64,000 nt of DNA, from assembly GCA_963808235.1 (NCBI GenBank), contig CAWEEQ010000004.1, positions 736,001 through 800,000 on the forward strand, written 5' to 3'. The position numbers and the translations under genes are program-made. The notes beneath the pieces are model-generated. The model was not told where the DNA came from, made no database searches, and worked only from the letters and a program-made list of their open reading frames with translations. The DNA is from an uncultured delta proteobacterium (GTDB lineage Bacteria > Desulfobacterota > Binatia > Binatales > Binataceae). The stretch's first letter is position 1; the number at the start of each line of letters is the position of its first letter. Positions 1-12,160 of the stretch are shown here, one piece after another.

Positions 1-2
1 TT

Positions 3-479
3 CTGAACATGACCGTGCTCGACGCGGTCGAGTTTCTCGGTTCGGTTCCGCCGATTCGGCAGAAGCTCGAGACGCTGCGCGACGTCGGCCTCGACTACAT
101 CCACCTCGGACAATCGGCGACCACTCTGTCGGGCGGCGAGGCGCAACGAATCAAGCTCGCCAAGGAACTCGCGCGGCGCGCGACCGGCCGCACATTTTAC
201 ATTCTCGACGAGCCCACCACCGGCCTGCACTTCGACGACATCAAACGCCTGCTCGGCGTGCTGGGACGCCTCGCCGACGCTGGCAACACGATCGTCGTGA
301 TCGAGCACAACCTAGACGTGATCAAGACCGCCGACTACGTGATCGACCTTGGTCCCGAAGGCGGAGACCGCGGCGGCCAGGTGGTCGCGAAGGGATCGCC
401 GGAGGAAGTCGCCGGCATCAAGGGTTCGTACACCGCGCAATTTCTCCGCCAAGTCCTGAATCACCGCGCCGCCGCGTAA
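3..479 (+). CDS. uvrA: Excinuclease ABC subunit A, C-terminal part (truncated by window start)
   Basis: [37 protein letters not shown] and [26 protein letters not shown] are characteristic of the second UvrA ABC domain. Confidence 0.97.
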   Translation: MNMTVLDAVEFLGSVPPIRQKLETLRDVGLDYIHLGQSATTLSGGEAQRIKLAKELARRATGRTFYILDEPTTGLHFDDIKRLLGVLGRLADAGNTIVVIEHNLDVIKTADYVIDLGPEGGDRGGQVVAKGSPEEVAGIKGSYTAQFLRQVLNHRAAA

Positions 480-490
480 CGCGTCGCATC

Positions 491-1039
491 TCAAGAGTCC
501 TTTTCTGCCGCGCCATCGTACACGATCCACCCATCGACGACTCGCGCGAACGGTGCGATCACGTGAGGCTTCAATTTCCCGTCCGGCATGATGTGTTCGA
601 CGTTCCATCCGCGTACCGTGAGATAGTCCGAGATAATTCGCCGATGGCATCGCCACCAAAGCCCTTCCGAGCACATGTACGCGGCACGTGAGCTCGCGGC
701 GGCTTCGATCAGTTCGCCAAGCCCCGACTCAAAATCCGCACTCTCCGTGTAGTCAGCGTACGATCGGAACGCCGGATGCTCCCACGCGGTGTGCGGCGAA
801 TCCGTCCGCTTCGAATGCCGTCGACCGCCCAGATTCTTCAGCCATCGGTACTCGATTCCGGCCAATTCGAGCGCGTCTGAAAGTTCCGCCTGGTTGAATT
901 GCGGCCATCGCTTTGAGCTCGGGTACGATCTCACATCGGCGACGATCGCGATCCGATGCTCGCTCAGAAGCCCGAGGAAACGCTCGATCGGATGCGTCGA
1001 ATGGCCGATCGTGAAAATCAGCGGGGTGTCTTCTGCCGT
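491..1039 (-). CDS. DUF488 domain protein
   Basis: The frame extends upstream of the listed GTG (934) to IFTIGHSTHPIERF...ADVRSYP; LGGRR and MCSEGLWWRCHRRII are also present. The only start-like codons upstream are ACG (1039), CTG or ATT. Confidence 0.85.
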   Translation of the reverse strand, partial: TAEDTPLIFTIGHSTHPIERFLGLLSEHRIAIVADVRSYPSSKRWPQFNQAELSDALELAGIEYRWLKNLGGRRHSKRTDSPHTAWEHPAFRSYADYTESADFESGLGELIEAAASSRAAYMCSEGLWWRCHRRIISDYLTVRGWNVEHIMPDGKLKPHVIAPFARVVDGWIVYDGAAEKDS

Positions 1040-1050
1040 ACGGGTTTGTC

Positions 1051-2436
1051 CTATTGTCCGCCCGAGGCCGCCGCCGGCTTTTCCAGGTTTGCGGATTTGA
1101 TTTTCGCCTGGGTCTGGTCCGCGACCGCGACCACCAGCACTGAATCCGGATGCAGATATTTCTTGGCGACCGCCAGCACGTCGTCCTTGGTGACCGATTG
1201 GATCAACCCCGGATACTTGTCGGCATAGTCCATCCCGAGGCCGTAAATCTCGAGCTGAATCATGAAGCTCGCGATCGCGGTCTGCCGCTCAAGACTTAGC
1301 GGGAAGCTGCCGACCAGGAATTTCTTTGCGCCGTCCAGTTCAGCGTCGCTGACCGGCTTTTCCTGGATCTCGCGAATCTGTTGCATGATCAAATCGATCG
1401 CCTGGTTCGAGCTCTCGTTCTTGGTCTGCAGGGAAACCTCAAACGAGCCCTGAAATTTGCCCGGCTCGAACCCGCTGCTGATCGAGTACGCGAGACCATG
1501 CTCGCTGCGAACCACTTTCATCAGGCGCGACGAGAATCCGCCGCCGCCCAAAATGTAATTCATCACCTTGAGCCGGTAATAGTCGGGATTCGAGCGCTCG
1601 ACGCCGCCGAACCCCATCATGAGATTCGCTTGCACGACGTTTCGATCGATCACCTTTACATGAAAGCCGGGCGCGACCGTCACCGGCGGAGGCTCTGCCT
1701 GCGCGACCACAGTGCCTGCCAGGCCCGCCAGCGCTTTCTCAAGTGATACTTTAACTTCGTCCGCGGTCACGTCACCGGCCACCGCAATCGTCGCACCACC
1801 GAGCTTGTAGTAGGTTCGATAGAAATTGCGCACGTCGTCCGAGGTCAGCTTCGCGACCGATTCCGACGAGCCCGCTCCCGGATGCCCATATGGCGATGCG
1901 CCGAACAGCTCCTTCGTGAATTCGACGCTCGCGGTATAGCCCGGCTGCTCTTCCGCCGACTTGATCTGCGCGACCTGCTCGTCGCGCTTGCGCTGGATGT
2001 CAGCCTCGCGAAGGCCCGGCGTAGTCAGGATTCCCGCCAGCAGCGCGAGCGTGTCGGCCTGATATTTTTTCAGCGACGTCATCCCGCCGGTCGCATAATC
2101 GCGGCCTGCTGACACGTCGACCGAGCTGCCCATGAAATCCACCTTTTGATCGAACTCCGGCGCGGTGAGTTCCCTGGTTCCTTGCGAAAGACATCGCGAG
2201 GTCAGCTCCGCGAGTCCTTCTTTGCCTACTGGATCGCGCCGCGTTCCCGCGTCAAATGCGATCGCGATCGTCACCATCGGCAGTTGATGCTCTTCCGATA
2301 CGAGCAGCGTCGCGCCATTGCTGAGCGTCATCCGCTTGATATCGAGCGCATGCGATGGCGCCGCCGCGAAAATGATCGCCGCGATCGCAATCGCCGCGAC
2401 GCCCGCGATTCTTCTCATGAGATTAACGTCGCTCAT
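1051..2436 (-). CDS. M16 (pitrilysin) family peptidase, non-catalytic subunit, with signal peptide
   Basis: TLSNGATLLVSEEHQLPMV and NYILGGGGFSSRL...VRSEHGLAYS; HxxEH is replaced by ELTSR; ATGA overlap with its partner gene. Confidence 0.9.
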   Translation of the reverse strand: MSDVNLMRRIAGVAAIAIAAIIFAAAPSHALDIKRMTLSNGATLLVSEEHQLPMVTIAIAFDAGTRRDPVGKEGLAELTSRCLSQGTRELTAPEFDQKVDFMGSSVDVSAGRDYATGGMTSLKKYQADTLALLAGILTTPGLREADIQRKRDEQVAQIKSAEEQPGYTASVEFTKELFGASPYGHPGAGSSESVAKLTSDDVRNFYRTYYKLGGATIAVAGDVTADEVKVSLEKALAGLAGTVVAQAEPPPVTVAPGFHVKVIDRNVVQANLMMGFGGVERSNPDYYRLKVMNYILGGGGFSSRLMKVVRSEHGLAYSISSGFEPGKFQGSFEVSLQTKNESSNQAIDLIMQQIREIQEKPVSDAELDGAKKFLVGSFPLSLERQTAIASFMIQLEIYGLGMDYADKYPGLIQSVTKDDVLAVAKKYLHPDSVLVVAVADQTQAKIKSANLEKPAAASGGQ

Positions 2437-3878
2437 CGCAGGGCCTCGATTGCCGCCGCCGGCATCGTCGTTGGCGCATGTCGCAGCTCTCCGCCGCTGA
2501 GTCCGCCGCCGCCATGTTTCAGCACGCCGGTGGGTATCAGCACTCCCTCTGTCATGTTAGTCGCGACCAGGTAAGTCTTCGCGACGCGCTGGACGTCGGC
2601 CGCCGTAACTTTGTCGATTCCGTCCAGGTACTTGTCCGCGAGATGGTAATCGCCGAGCATTTCATACACTCCGAGCATCTCGGCCTCGCGCATGATCGAA
2701 TCCTGTCCGAACACGTATTGCGCCTGTTCGAGATTTTTCGCCTTCTGCAATTCCTCACCGCCCACCGTTTTATCGCGCAACTCCGCCAACTGCTTTTCGA
2801 CTTCCGCCTGCGTGTCAGACGCTTTCACGCCCGGTCGCATCTGCGCCGAAACGATAAACAGGCCCGGATCGAACGACGTCATGTCGTAGCCGGCGCCGAT
2901 AGAAATCACCATCTGCTTTTCGACCACCAGCTTTTTGTAGAATCGCGAGCTTTGACCGTCGCTCAAAATCTCCGACGCTACTTCCAGCGCGTAGCTGTCA
3001 GAACTTGAAATATTCGGCACGTGATATGCCTCTTCGAAGGCCGGCAGATTCGCCGCATGCTGCAGCTCGACGCGCCGGGTTCCCTCCTGGGGCGGCTCCA
3101 ACTCGGTCACCGGCGGAGGCTTGGCCCCGTTCTTGATTCCTCCAAATGCCTCGCCGATCGTTTTGAGCACCTGGTCCGCGTTGAAATCGCCGACCGCGAC
3201 GATCAGCGAGTTCTGCGGCGAGTAATAAATTTTGTGATACGCCATCGCGTCACCGAGCGTCAGCCCGTCAACGTCGTGGAACCATCCGATCACCGGCCAG
3301 TGATACGGATGCGCGAGATAAGCTTGGGCGCGCACCATCTCGTCGAGTGCGTCTTCGGGATTGTCATCGGTTCGCAGCCGCCTCTCCTCGAGCACCACGT
3401 GCTTCTCTTTGTCGAAATCTTTCGGCTCGAAGTTGGCCATTCGATCCGCCTCGAGCCGAATCGGCACATCGAGATGAACCTTGTTGATCGTTTCGAAATA
3501 GTCGGTGAAGTCGGATTCCGTAAACGCGTTATCCATCCCGCCGTTTTGCTGGATGATCTGCGAGAACTCCTCCGGACCGAGGGTCTTGGTGCCCTTGAAC
3601 ATCAAATGCTCGCACAGATGCGAGAGCCCCGTCTTGCCCATCTGCTCGTTGCGCGAGCCGACCCTATAGAAGACGTTGAACGTCGCGAGCGGCGCCTTGT
3701 GATTCTCGAGCACCAGCACCTTGAGTCCGTTGGGAAGAGTCTGACTCTTCACCGCATCCGCCATTCCCGCGCGCGTCGATGTGGAAGAGAGAAGACATAA
3801 GATGACGCCGAGAGCCGCCGCTGCGTAGCTGGCTCGCCGGCGATGATCGCCAAAACTGAAATGATTGCCAAAACTCAT
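2433..3878 (-). CDS. M16 family zinc peptidase, catalytic subunit
   Basis: LPNGLKV, VGSRNE, HLCEHLMFKGT (HxxEH), NAFT, VVLEERRLR. Start uncertain (ATG at 3878, 3887 or 3893). Confidence 0.92.
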   Translation of the reverse strand: MSFGNHFSFGDHRRRASYAAAALGVILCLLSSTSTRAGMADAVKSQTLPNGLKVLVLENHKAPLATFNVFYRVGSRNEQMGKTGLSHLCEHLMFKGTKTLGPEEFSQIIQQNGGMDNAFTESDFTDYFETINKVHLDVPIRLEADRMANFEPKDFDKEKHVVLEERRLRTDDNPEDALDEMVRAQAYLAHPYHWPVIGWFHDVDGLTLGDAMAYHKIYYSPQNSLIVAVGDFNADQVLKTIGEAFGGIKNGAKPPPVTELEPPQEGTRRVELQHAANLPAFEEAYHVPNISSSDSYALEVASEILSDGQSSRFYKKLVVEKQMVISIGAGYDMTSFDPGLFIVSAQMRPGVKASDTQAEVEKQLAELRDKTVGGEELQKAKNLEQAQYVFGQDSIMREAEMLGVYEMLGDYHLADKYLDGIDKVTAADVQRVAKTYLVATNMTEGVLIPTGVLKHGGGGLSGGELRHAPTTMPAAAIEALR

Positions 3879-3990
3879 GATGCGCATATCCATCGATGAT
3901 CTAACAGGATGTCCAGGAACACAACGTTGATCTTCTCGCGCAAGCAAATTGCATCCGTAGACCAGTCCTTGTAACAATTGAATCACCACG

Positions 3991-6072
3991 ATGCCCGAAA
4001 TCGCCGAGAAAGCGCAGAACCTCTTCGAAATAAAGGGTGTGCTGACCAAGTTCATGCGGATGATGTTTCCGCTTGAGTTCCGCATCGACTCGCTCGCCGG
4101 CGGTGGCCCGATGCTCCCGTTCCATTACCCGCTGCTGCCCGGCGAGATGATTTATCTTCCCGAAAAGCTGGAACCGTTCGGCACTCGCGGCGACGCGTAC
4201 ATTTATTATTTCGTCACCACCGCGCATCTTGCCGCGCGTCACGACTTCGGAACTTTCAAGTTGAAGCTGTCGGATATCAGCGGTTTCGAAGATCGCGGCG
4301 AGACCGGCGTCGAGGCTATCGACAGCTTCGTCGCCTCGTTCGACGATCCCGGCCTCGCCGGCGCGCTGATGCGGCTTGCCGAGTCGGCGCGCATCGATGC
4401 TGAACTCGCGCGGCGTTATCGCGGTCTCGCTCCGCGAATCGCGGTGCTTAACCGCTCGCTCCTCGAACGTCTTCATCCCGAGTCGCTCAGCACGATGCTG
4501 GTGCGCGCGGCGCTCGATTTGGATTGGATGGGCGAGAGTCTCGATTCCCCATTCGTCCGCCTGGCCGGTGAACATTTTGCCCCGCTTCGCGAACGCGGCG
4601 CAGATGTAATGACCAGCGTCCAGCAGGTCAACACGCTCTACAACTGGCTCCAGGAGCTGATCAAACAAGCTCGCGAGCGCGGCGAAGGCGACCCGCTCTC
4701 AGACGCGGGCGCCGAACGGATGCGCAACGATCTGATCAAGGGCATGAAAGGATCGGAAACCCAAACCGCCGGCGAAGCCGAAGAGGGTGAGCAGGGCGAC
4801 GGCGGCGGCGAGCCCGATCAGAACGTCCAGATGGACGTCTCCGGCAAGCAATCAAAAGGCGGCAAGGGCAGGGCGCTGTCTCCGGAGGAACTGCGCAAGC
4901 TCATCGAGCAGGGCGCCGAGATCAAACCGTCGCAGGGCGACGGCAACGCGGAAGGCGACGGCATGTACCTGACGCAACTCACCGGCAAGCAGCTCAGCGA
5001 ACTCGAGCAGATGCGCGAGCAGCTCGGCGAGATCGGTTCCGTGACCGGGAATGGACGCCTGATGATCGCGCGCGGCCGCCAGGATTCCTACTACGCCTAC
5101 GACGAATGGGACTACGTGCTGAACGATTACCGGCGCAACTGGTGCCGGCTGCGCGAAATCGTGCTCCCCGGCGACGAAGGCGATTTCTTCGAGAACACGC
5201 TCAACCGCTACGCCGAAATATTGCCCGGCGTGCGCCGCAACTTTCAGCGCATCCGTCCCGCGTCGTACCGGATGGTCCGCGGCCTCGAGGACGGCGAGGA
5301 GATCGATCTCGATCGAACGATCGAAGCGCGCGTCGCGCGCCTGATGGGCGAGACTCCGGACGGCCGCTTCTACAAGGCGCGCAAGAAGGAAGCTCGCAAC
5401 GTCGCGACGCTCTTCCTGCTCGACATGTCGGCCTCGACCGACGAACCGGTTCATCGTGAGCCGCGCAAGCACACCGACGATGACGACACCGATGACTGGA
5501 TGAAGGCATGGCAGCGCCGCCCCCAAACGGCGAATCGTCCGCGCCGCATCATCAACGTCAACAAGGAAGCGCTCGTCATCATGGCGCAGGCGCTCGAGGA
5601 AATCGGCGACGCGTACGCGATCATGGGCTTCTCCGGCCACGGCCGCGACAACGTCGAGTTTTACGTGATCAAGGAATTCGATCAGGAACTGACCGACGAG
5701 GTGAAGGCGCGCGTCGGCGCGGTCGAACCCAAACGCTCAACGCGGATGGGCGCGGCGATTCGTCACGTGCGCGAAAAATTCAAGGACGTCGCCTCGCGCG
5801 CCAAGCACATGATTCTGCTGAGCGACGGCTTCCCGCAGGATTTCGACTACGGCCACGACCGCCGCTCCAACGCCTACGGCATCCAGGACACGATGGTCGC
5901 GCTGAAGGAACTCGAACTCGCCGGCGTGCTGCCATTCTGCATCACCGTGGACAAGACCGGCCACGACTACTTGCGCCAGATGTGCCAGTCCTCGCGCTAC
6001 CTGGTGATCGAGGACATCGCATCGTTGCCGCGCCAGCTCCCAAAAATCTACGAGCAAGTCGTGCGCTGGTAA
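3991..6072 (+). CDS. NorD/CbbO-like von Willebrand factor A domain protein
   Basis: YDEWDY...YRRNWCRLRE, EDGEEIDLD, FLLDMSAST (MIDAS), STRMGAAIRH, LLSDGFPQD. Confidence 0.88.
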   Translation: MPEIAEKAQNLFEIKGVLTKFMRMMFPLEFRIDSLAGGGPMLPFHYPLLPGEMIYLPEKLEPFGTRGDAYIYYFVTTAHLAARHDFGTFKLKLSDISGFEDRGETGVEAIDSFVASFDDPGLAGALMRLAESARIDAELARRYRGLAPRIAVLNRSLLERLHPESLSTMLVRAALDLDWMGESLDSPFVRLAGEHFAPLRERGADVMTSVQQVNTLYNWLQELIKQARERGEGDPLSDAGAERMRNDLIKGMKGSETQTAGEAEEGEQGDGGGEPDQNVQMDVSGKQSKGGKGRALSPEELRKLIEQGAEIKPSQGDGNAEGDGMYLTQLTGKQLSELEQMREQLGEIGSVTGNGRLMIARGRQDSYYAYDEWDYVLNDYRRNWCRLREIVLPGDEGDFFENTLNRYAEILPGVRRNFQRIRPASYRMVRGLEDGEEIDLDRTIEARVARLMGETPDGRFYKARKKEARNVATLFLLDMSASTDEPVHREPRKHTDDDDTDDWMKAWQRRPQTANRPRRIINVNKEALVIMAQALEEIGDAYAIMGFSGHGRDNVEFYVIKEFDQELTDEVKARVGAVEPKRSTRMGAAIRHVREKFKDVASRAKHMILLSDGFPQDFDYGHDRRSNAYGIQDTMVALKELELAGVLPFCITVDKTGHDYLRQMCQSSRYLVIEDIASLPRQLPKIYEQVVRW

Positions 6073-6090
6073 GTCGTGCTCTGTCGCCTG

Positions 6091-6710
6091 CTACTTCCCC
6101 GCTGCTGCGGCGGCCGCTTTTCTCGCGTCGTCCAATGCCCTGGCCTCGGCGGCACTTAGCCGTTTCAGATTCCCCCGGTACTTGACCAACTCGTACGAAG
6201 TCGCGTGAGGCGTTTTTGAGACGCGGTGCGTCTCAATATATTCGATGGTATCCCCGTCGAGCGTCATATCCGTTTCTGCTTCATCCCACAGTGACAATCC
6301 GTTTCCACTGATGAGCAGAGCCTCGTGTTTCACCTGCACGTGATCCGGGGTCAAGATCTTGGTCGATGTTTCGACCAGCCGATTTTTACTGGGTCCTCCC
6401 ACGACTGCGCCGACCGCGATATTTGAGTTCTTCCCCAACGTAATATAAGCCTCGTGTTCCTTTTCAATGTTAAGGCCAAGATCTTCCAGCGGAGTTGAGC
6501 CGACGACGATTCGCGCGGAATCAACCAGCTTTACGACGCCGTACCATCGCCCCACGAATTTCGGGGATGCGAGAGCTGCGCCTCTCGATGTCGTTGACGG
6601 CGGACCTGGTTTCTTTTCCTCGACTCCTCGGCGTCCGCATCCGGCTTGAACGAGTGCGATAAGAACAACCGCGCTAGACAGGAGTACGTGGCTGCTATGG
6701 CGCGACCGGA

Positions 6711-6714
<4 letters not shown>
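6091..6714 (-). CDS. Hypothetical lipoprotein
   Basis: Hydrophobic N-terminus ending VQAG-C; the TTG start overlaps the gpmI stop (TTGA). Confidence 0.6.
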
Positions 6715-9562
<2,848 letters not shown>

Positions 9563-9595
9563 TCATCCCTCATCGCGCAACAGCTCAAATGCCGC

Positions 9596-9625
9596 ATTCT
9601 AAGGCACACTTCGTGACCTTGTCAT
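9596..9625 (-). promoter_or_regulatory. Putative sigma70 promoter of eno-gpmI
   Basis: ATGACA-18 bp-TAGAAT on the minus strand; GAGGGA SD before the eno ATG. Confidence 0.45.
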
Positions 9626-10269
9626 TAGGCCGGCGCCTGCGCCCGATAGTAGGCGATCGCCCCGAAGATAATCTTCCAACGCGACACTTCCGTCGCATCG
9701 GCTAATCCCGCCTCGCTCATAAGAACCGCCATGCGACCCTCGAAACGGTCCGCAGCATGCGGTGCCATATGGAACCCGTGCTTCTTGTCTCCGTGCGCTC
9801 CATCGTGCGGCGCGAAGTCGAGCAGATGAACTGAGCCGCCAGTCTTGAGGACTCGGCGAATCTCGGCCAGCGTAGCCGCTCGCTCGTCCGCCTTCAGATG
9901 ATGAATCATGAACGATGAAAACACCCGATCGAACGACCTATCGGGATAAGGCAGGTGGTCGGAGAAACCGCGATCGAACTCGACCGCGAGCCGTGCACGA
10001 TTCGCCTTGCGCTTTGCGATCGACAAGGCCGACGGGTCCGGATCCACTGCGACCACGTCGACGGCCGGATACGATTTCTTGACCAGCACCGCCAACGAAC
10101 CGGTCCCGCATCCAACATCGAGTACTCGGAATCCTGCTTTGAGCTCCGCCTGTTCGATCAGCCGTCGTTTTGGTTTGTCCGCTCCGAGCAGCCACAGGAA
10201 CGGATCGTAAAGTGGCAACAGCCAATGCCTTCCCATTGCTGGGAGATAACTTCGCTCGGCGTCATCCAT
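9625..10269 (-). CDS. Class I SAM-dependent methyltransferase
   Basis: RVLDVGCGTG and LPYPDRSFDRVFSS; start at ATG 10269 (TTG 10290 is an alternative). Confidence 0.9.
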   Translation of the reverse strand: MDDAERSYLPAMGRHWLLPLYDPFLWLLGADKPKRRLIEQAELKAGFRVLDVGCGTGSLAVLVKKSYPAVDVVAVDPDPSALSIAKRKANRARLAVEFDRGFSDHLPYPDRSFDRVFSSFMIHHLKADERAATLAEIRRVLKTGGSVHLLDFAPHDGAHGDKKHGFHMAPHAADRFEGRMAVLMSEAGLADATEVSRWKIIFGAIAYYRAQAPA

Positions 10270-10638
10270 AACTTTCGCACCTCGACTCAAGCTGCGTCAC
10301 CCGATATCCAGCGAGCCGTCGGGCTTCGGATCCGTCAATCACAGGTACGTCCTGGCTTGAGGATGAACTGTTCAGCCTGACGCCCACGCCTCCCGTCATG
10401 CTAGACGTACGATATGGGTGACATTCAAGATGCCACACAGTTGCAGAGCGCGCTTTCCTCAGACTCGGAACGCACGCTTCCGGCGAAAATAATTTTGACG
10501 GAACGAAGGTACGCATAGAGGGGCGGCCCCTCCAGAACCACACCTACGGTATAAATTGCCCGTTCCTCAGGGAAATCAAACTTGAGAAATGAACCATTTA
10601 GAGCGACTCTCGATAGCTGAACTTCTAATATATCGGCA

Positions 10639-11562
10639 ATGAGAACTACCACTACCATCTTTACCTTTGCAGCGATCTCGATCTTCCTACTGGCCGCCAC
10701 ATTCACCGTTCACGCCGGCGATCCTGTCGACGACGAAGCGGCGGTCTCCTTCGGAACTTTCACCAATCCCGAACGCGTGACGATTCAGGGCTATAGCCAG
10801 GATGCGATGGAGCCCTTCGTCAGCCTCGACGGCAAGTACCTGTTCTTCAATAGTTCGAACAACCCGCCACCCGGCACGTTCACCAATCTGTACTACGCGA
10901 CCAGCACCGACGATCCGTTGACCTTCAACTTCGTGGGCGAAATCGCCGGTGCGAATACCACCGCGCTCGACGCCGTAGCCTCGATGGATATCAACAACAA
11001 GTTCTATTTCGTCTCGAACAGGAGCTACACGAGCACTTTCTCGACGATCTACTGGGGCGATTTTTCCAGCGGGACTTTGTCGAACGTCGCACTGGTGCCG
11101 GGAGTTTCAAAGGATAAGCCGGGATGGGTCAACTTCGACGCGGGAATAAGTCCCGACGGCAACACGCTGTACTTCGTCGACGGTTTCTTCGGCACCGCCA
11201 CTTTTCCCCAAAGCGCGGTGATCACGATCGCCAAGCGCAAGGGCGATGCTTTTGTGCGTCGAGCGGACAGCAAGACCATCATGCACAAAATCAATACCGG
11301 CGGGCTCAACTACGCGCCGTGTCCTACCGCATCCGATCTCGAATTCTTTTTCACCCGGGTCGACCCGGCAAACATCGGCGATGGCCCCAAGATCTACACG
11401 GCGACTCGTTCGAAAAAGTCGAAGCCATTCGGAAAGCCCGTTAAAATCGCGGCCGCCACTGGATTTGTCGAAGCCCCCACGCTTTCAGCCGACGGGAAAT
11501 CGCTCTACTTCCACAAGCAGGAAGATGGCGTGTTCGTGATCTACCGGCTAACCCGCCCGTGA
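10639..11562 (+). CDS. Secreted TolB-like/PD40-repeat (beta-propeller) protein
   Basis: Signal peptide ending VHA; repeats EPFVSLDGKYLFF, GISPDGNTLYF and APTLSADGKSLYF. Confidence 0.75.
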   Translation: MRTTTTIFTFAAISIFLLAATFTVHAGDPVDDEAAVSFGTFTNPERVTIQGYSQDAMEPFVSLDGKYLFFNSSNNPPPGTFTNLYYATSTDDPLTFNFVGEIAGANTTALDAVASMDINNKFYFVSNRSYTSTFSTIYWGDFSSGTLSNVALVPGVSKDKPGWVNFDAGISPDGNTLYFVDGFFGTATFPQSAVITIAKRKGDAFVRRADSKTIMHKINTGGLNYAPCPTASDLEFFFTRVDPANIGDGPKIYTATRSKKSKPFGKPVKIAAATGFVEAPTLSADGKSLYFHKQEDGVFVIYRLTRP

Positions 11563-11647
11563 CGCACGCCCATCGGTACTGATTTGCCGCATGCCTGCCA
11601 ATCTGATACCCGACGATGGCACAATCGTTAAAGGGAGGAAATTTCCG

Positions 11648-12160
11648 ATGCTCATCAGGGTAGTAAAGAAACAAGTGCCGTTGGACCATCTGCTTCCTGC
11701 GGCCCTGGCGCTGATCGGCGCCGGAATTTTGAAACTGTTCGACGACGGGGAGCCAATCCGCCTGCCACCTGTACCCGACTCCGGCCAAGTCACCTGCGAT
11801 ACCGCGCAGGGAGGCTATGCGAAGGCCGGCCTTTATGCGGCCGGTTTCGATGTTCCAACCGCCACCGAGCCGGCTCCCGATCCGGGAACGATTAACCCAG
11901 TGGTGACTCTTACCGTGATCCCCTCGCTCCCCGATGGAATCGATAACGATCACTACCCTGCGATCGGTGCCGAGGAGTGGGGAATGACCGCCGCGAAGAC
12001 GCTATGCGGCGCCTTCGTCACGCGAACTATCGGCCCAAACGATGACCCCTATACCGGCGATCCCGGGACTTCGATGCAGGTCTGTTGCAATAAAGCGGAC
12101 GTTCCGCGAGTCATCGGCGGATTCAAAGTTGCCAGGTTCACAGCCACCGTCACGCCCTAG
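11648..12160 (+). CDS. Hypothetical protein
   Basis: Strong SD (AAAGGGAGG) before ATG 11648; one hydrophobic segment, four Cys; no family recognised. Confidence 0.6.
   Translation: MLIRVVKKQVPLDHLLPAALALIGAGILKLFDDGEPIRLPPVPDSGQVTCDTAQGGYAKAGLYAAGFDVPTATEPAPDPGTINPVVTLTVIPSLPDGIDNDHYPAIGAEEWGMTAAKTLCGAFVTRTIGPNDDPYTGDPGTSMQVCCNKADVPRVIGGFKVARFTATVTP

Noticed and set aside
3849-3881. Short duplication GCCAAAACT near the M16 peptidase start (SFGNHF/SFGDH)
   Set aside because: Two 9-bp copies in a variable signal region; no functional inference is possible.
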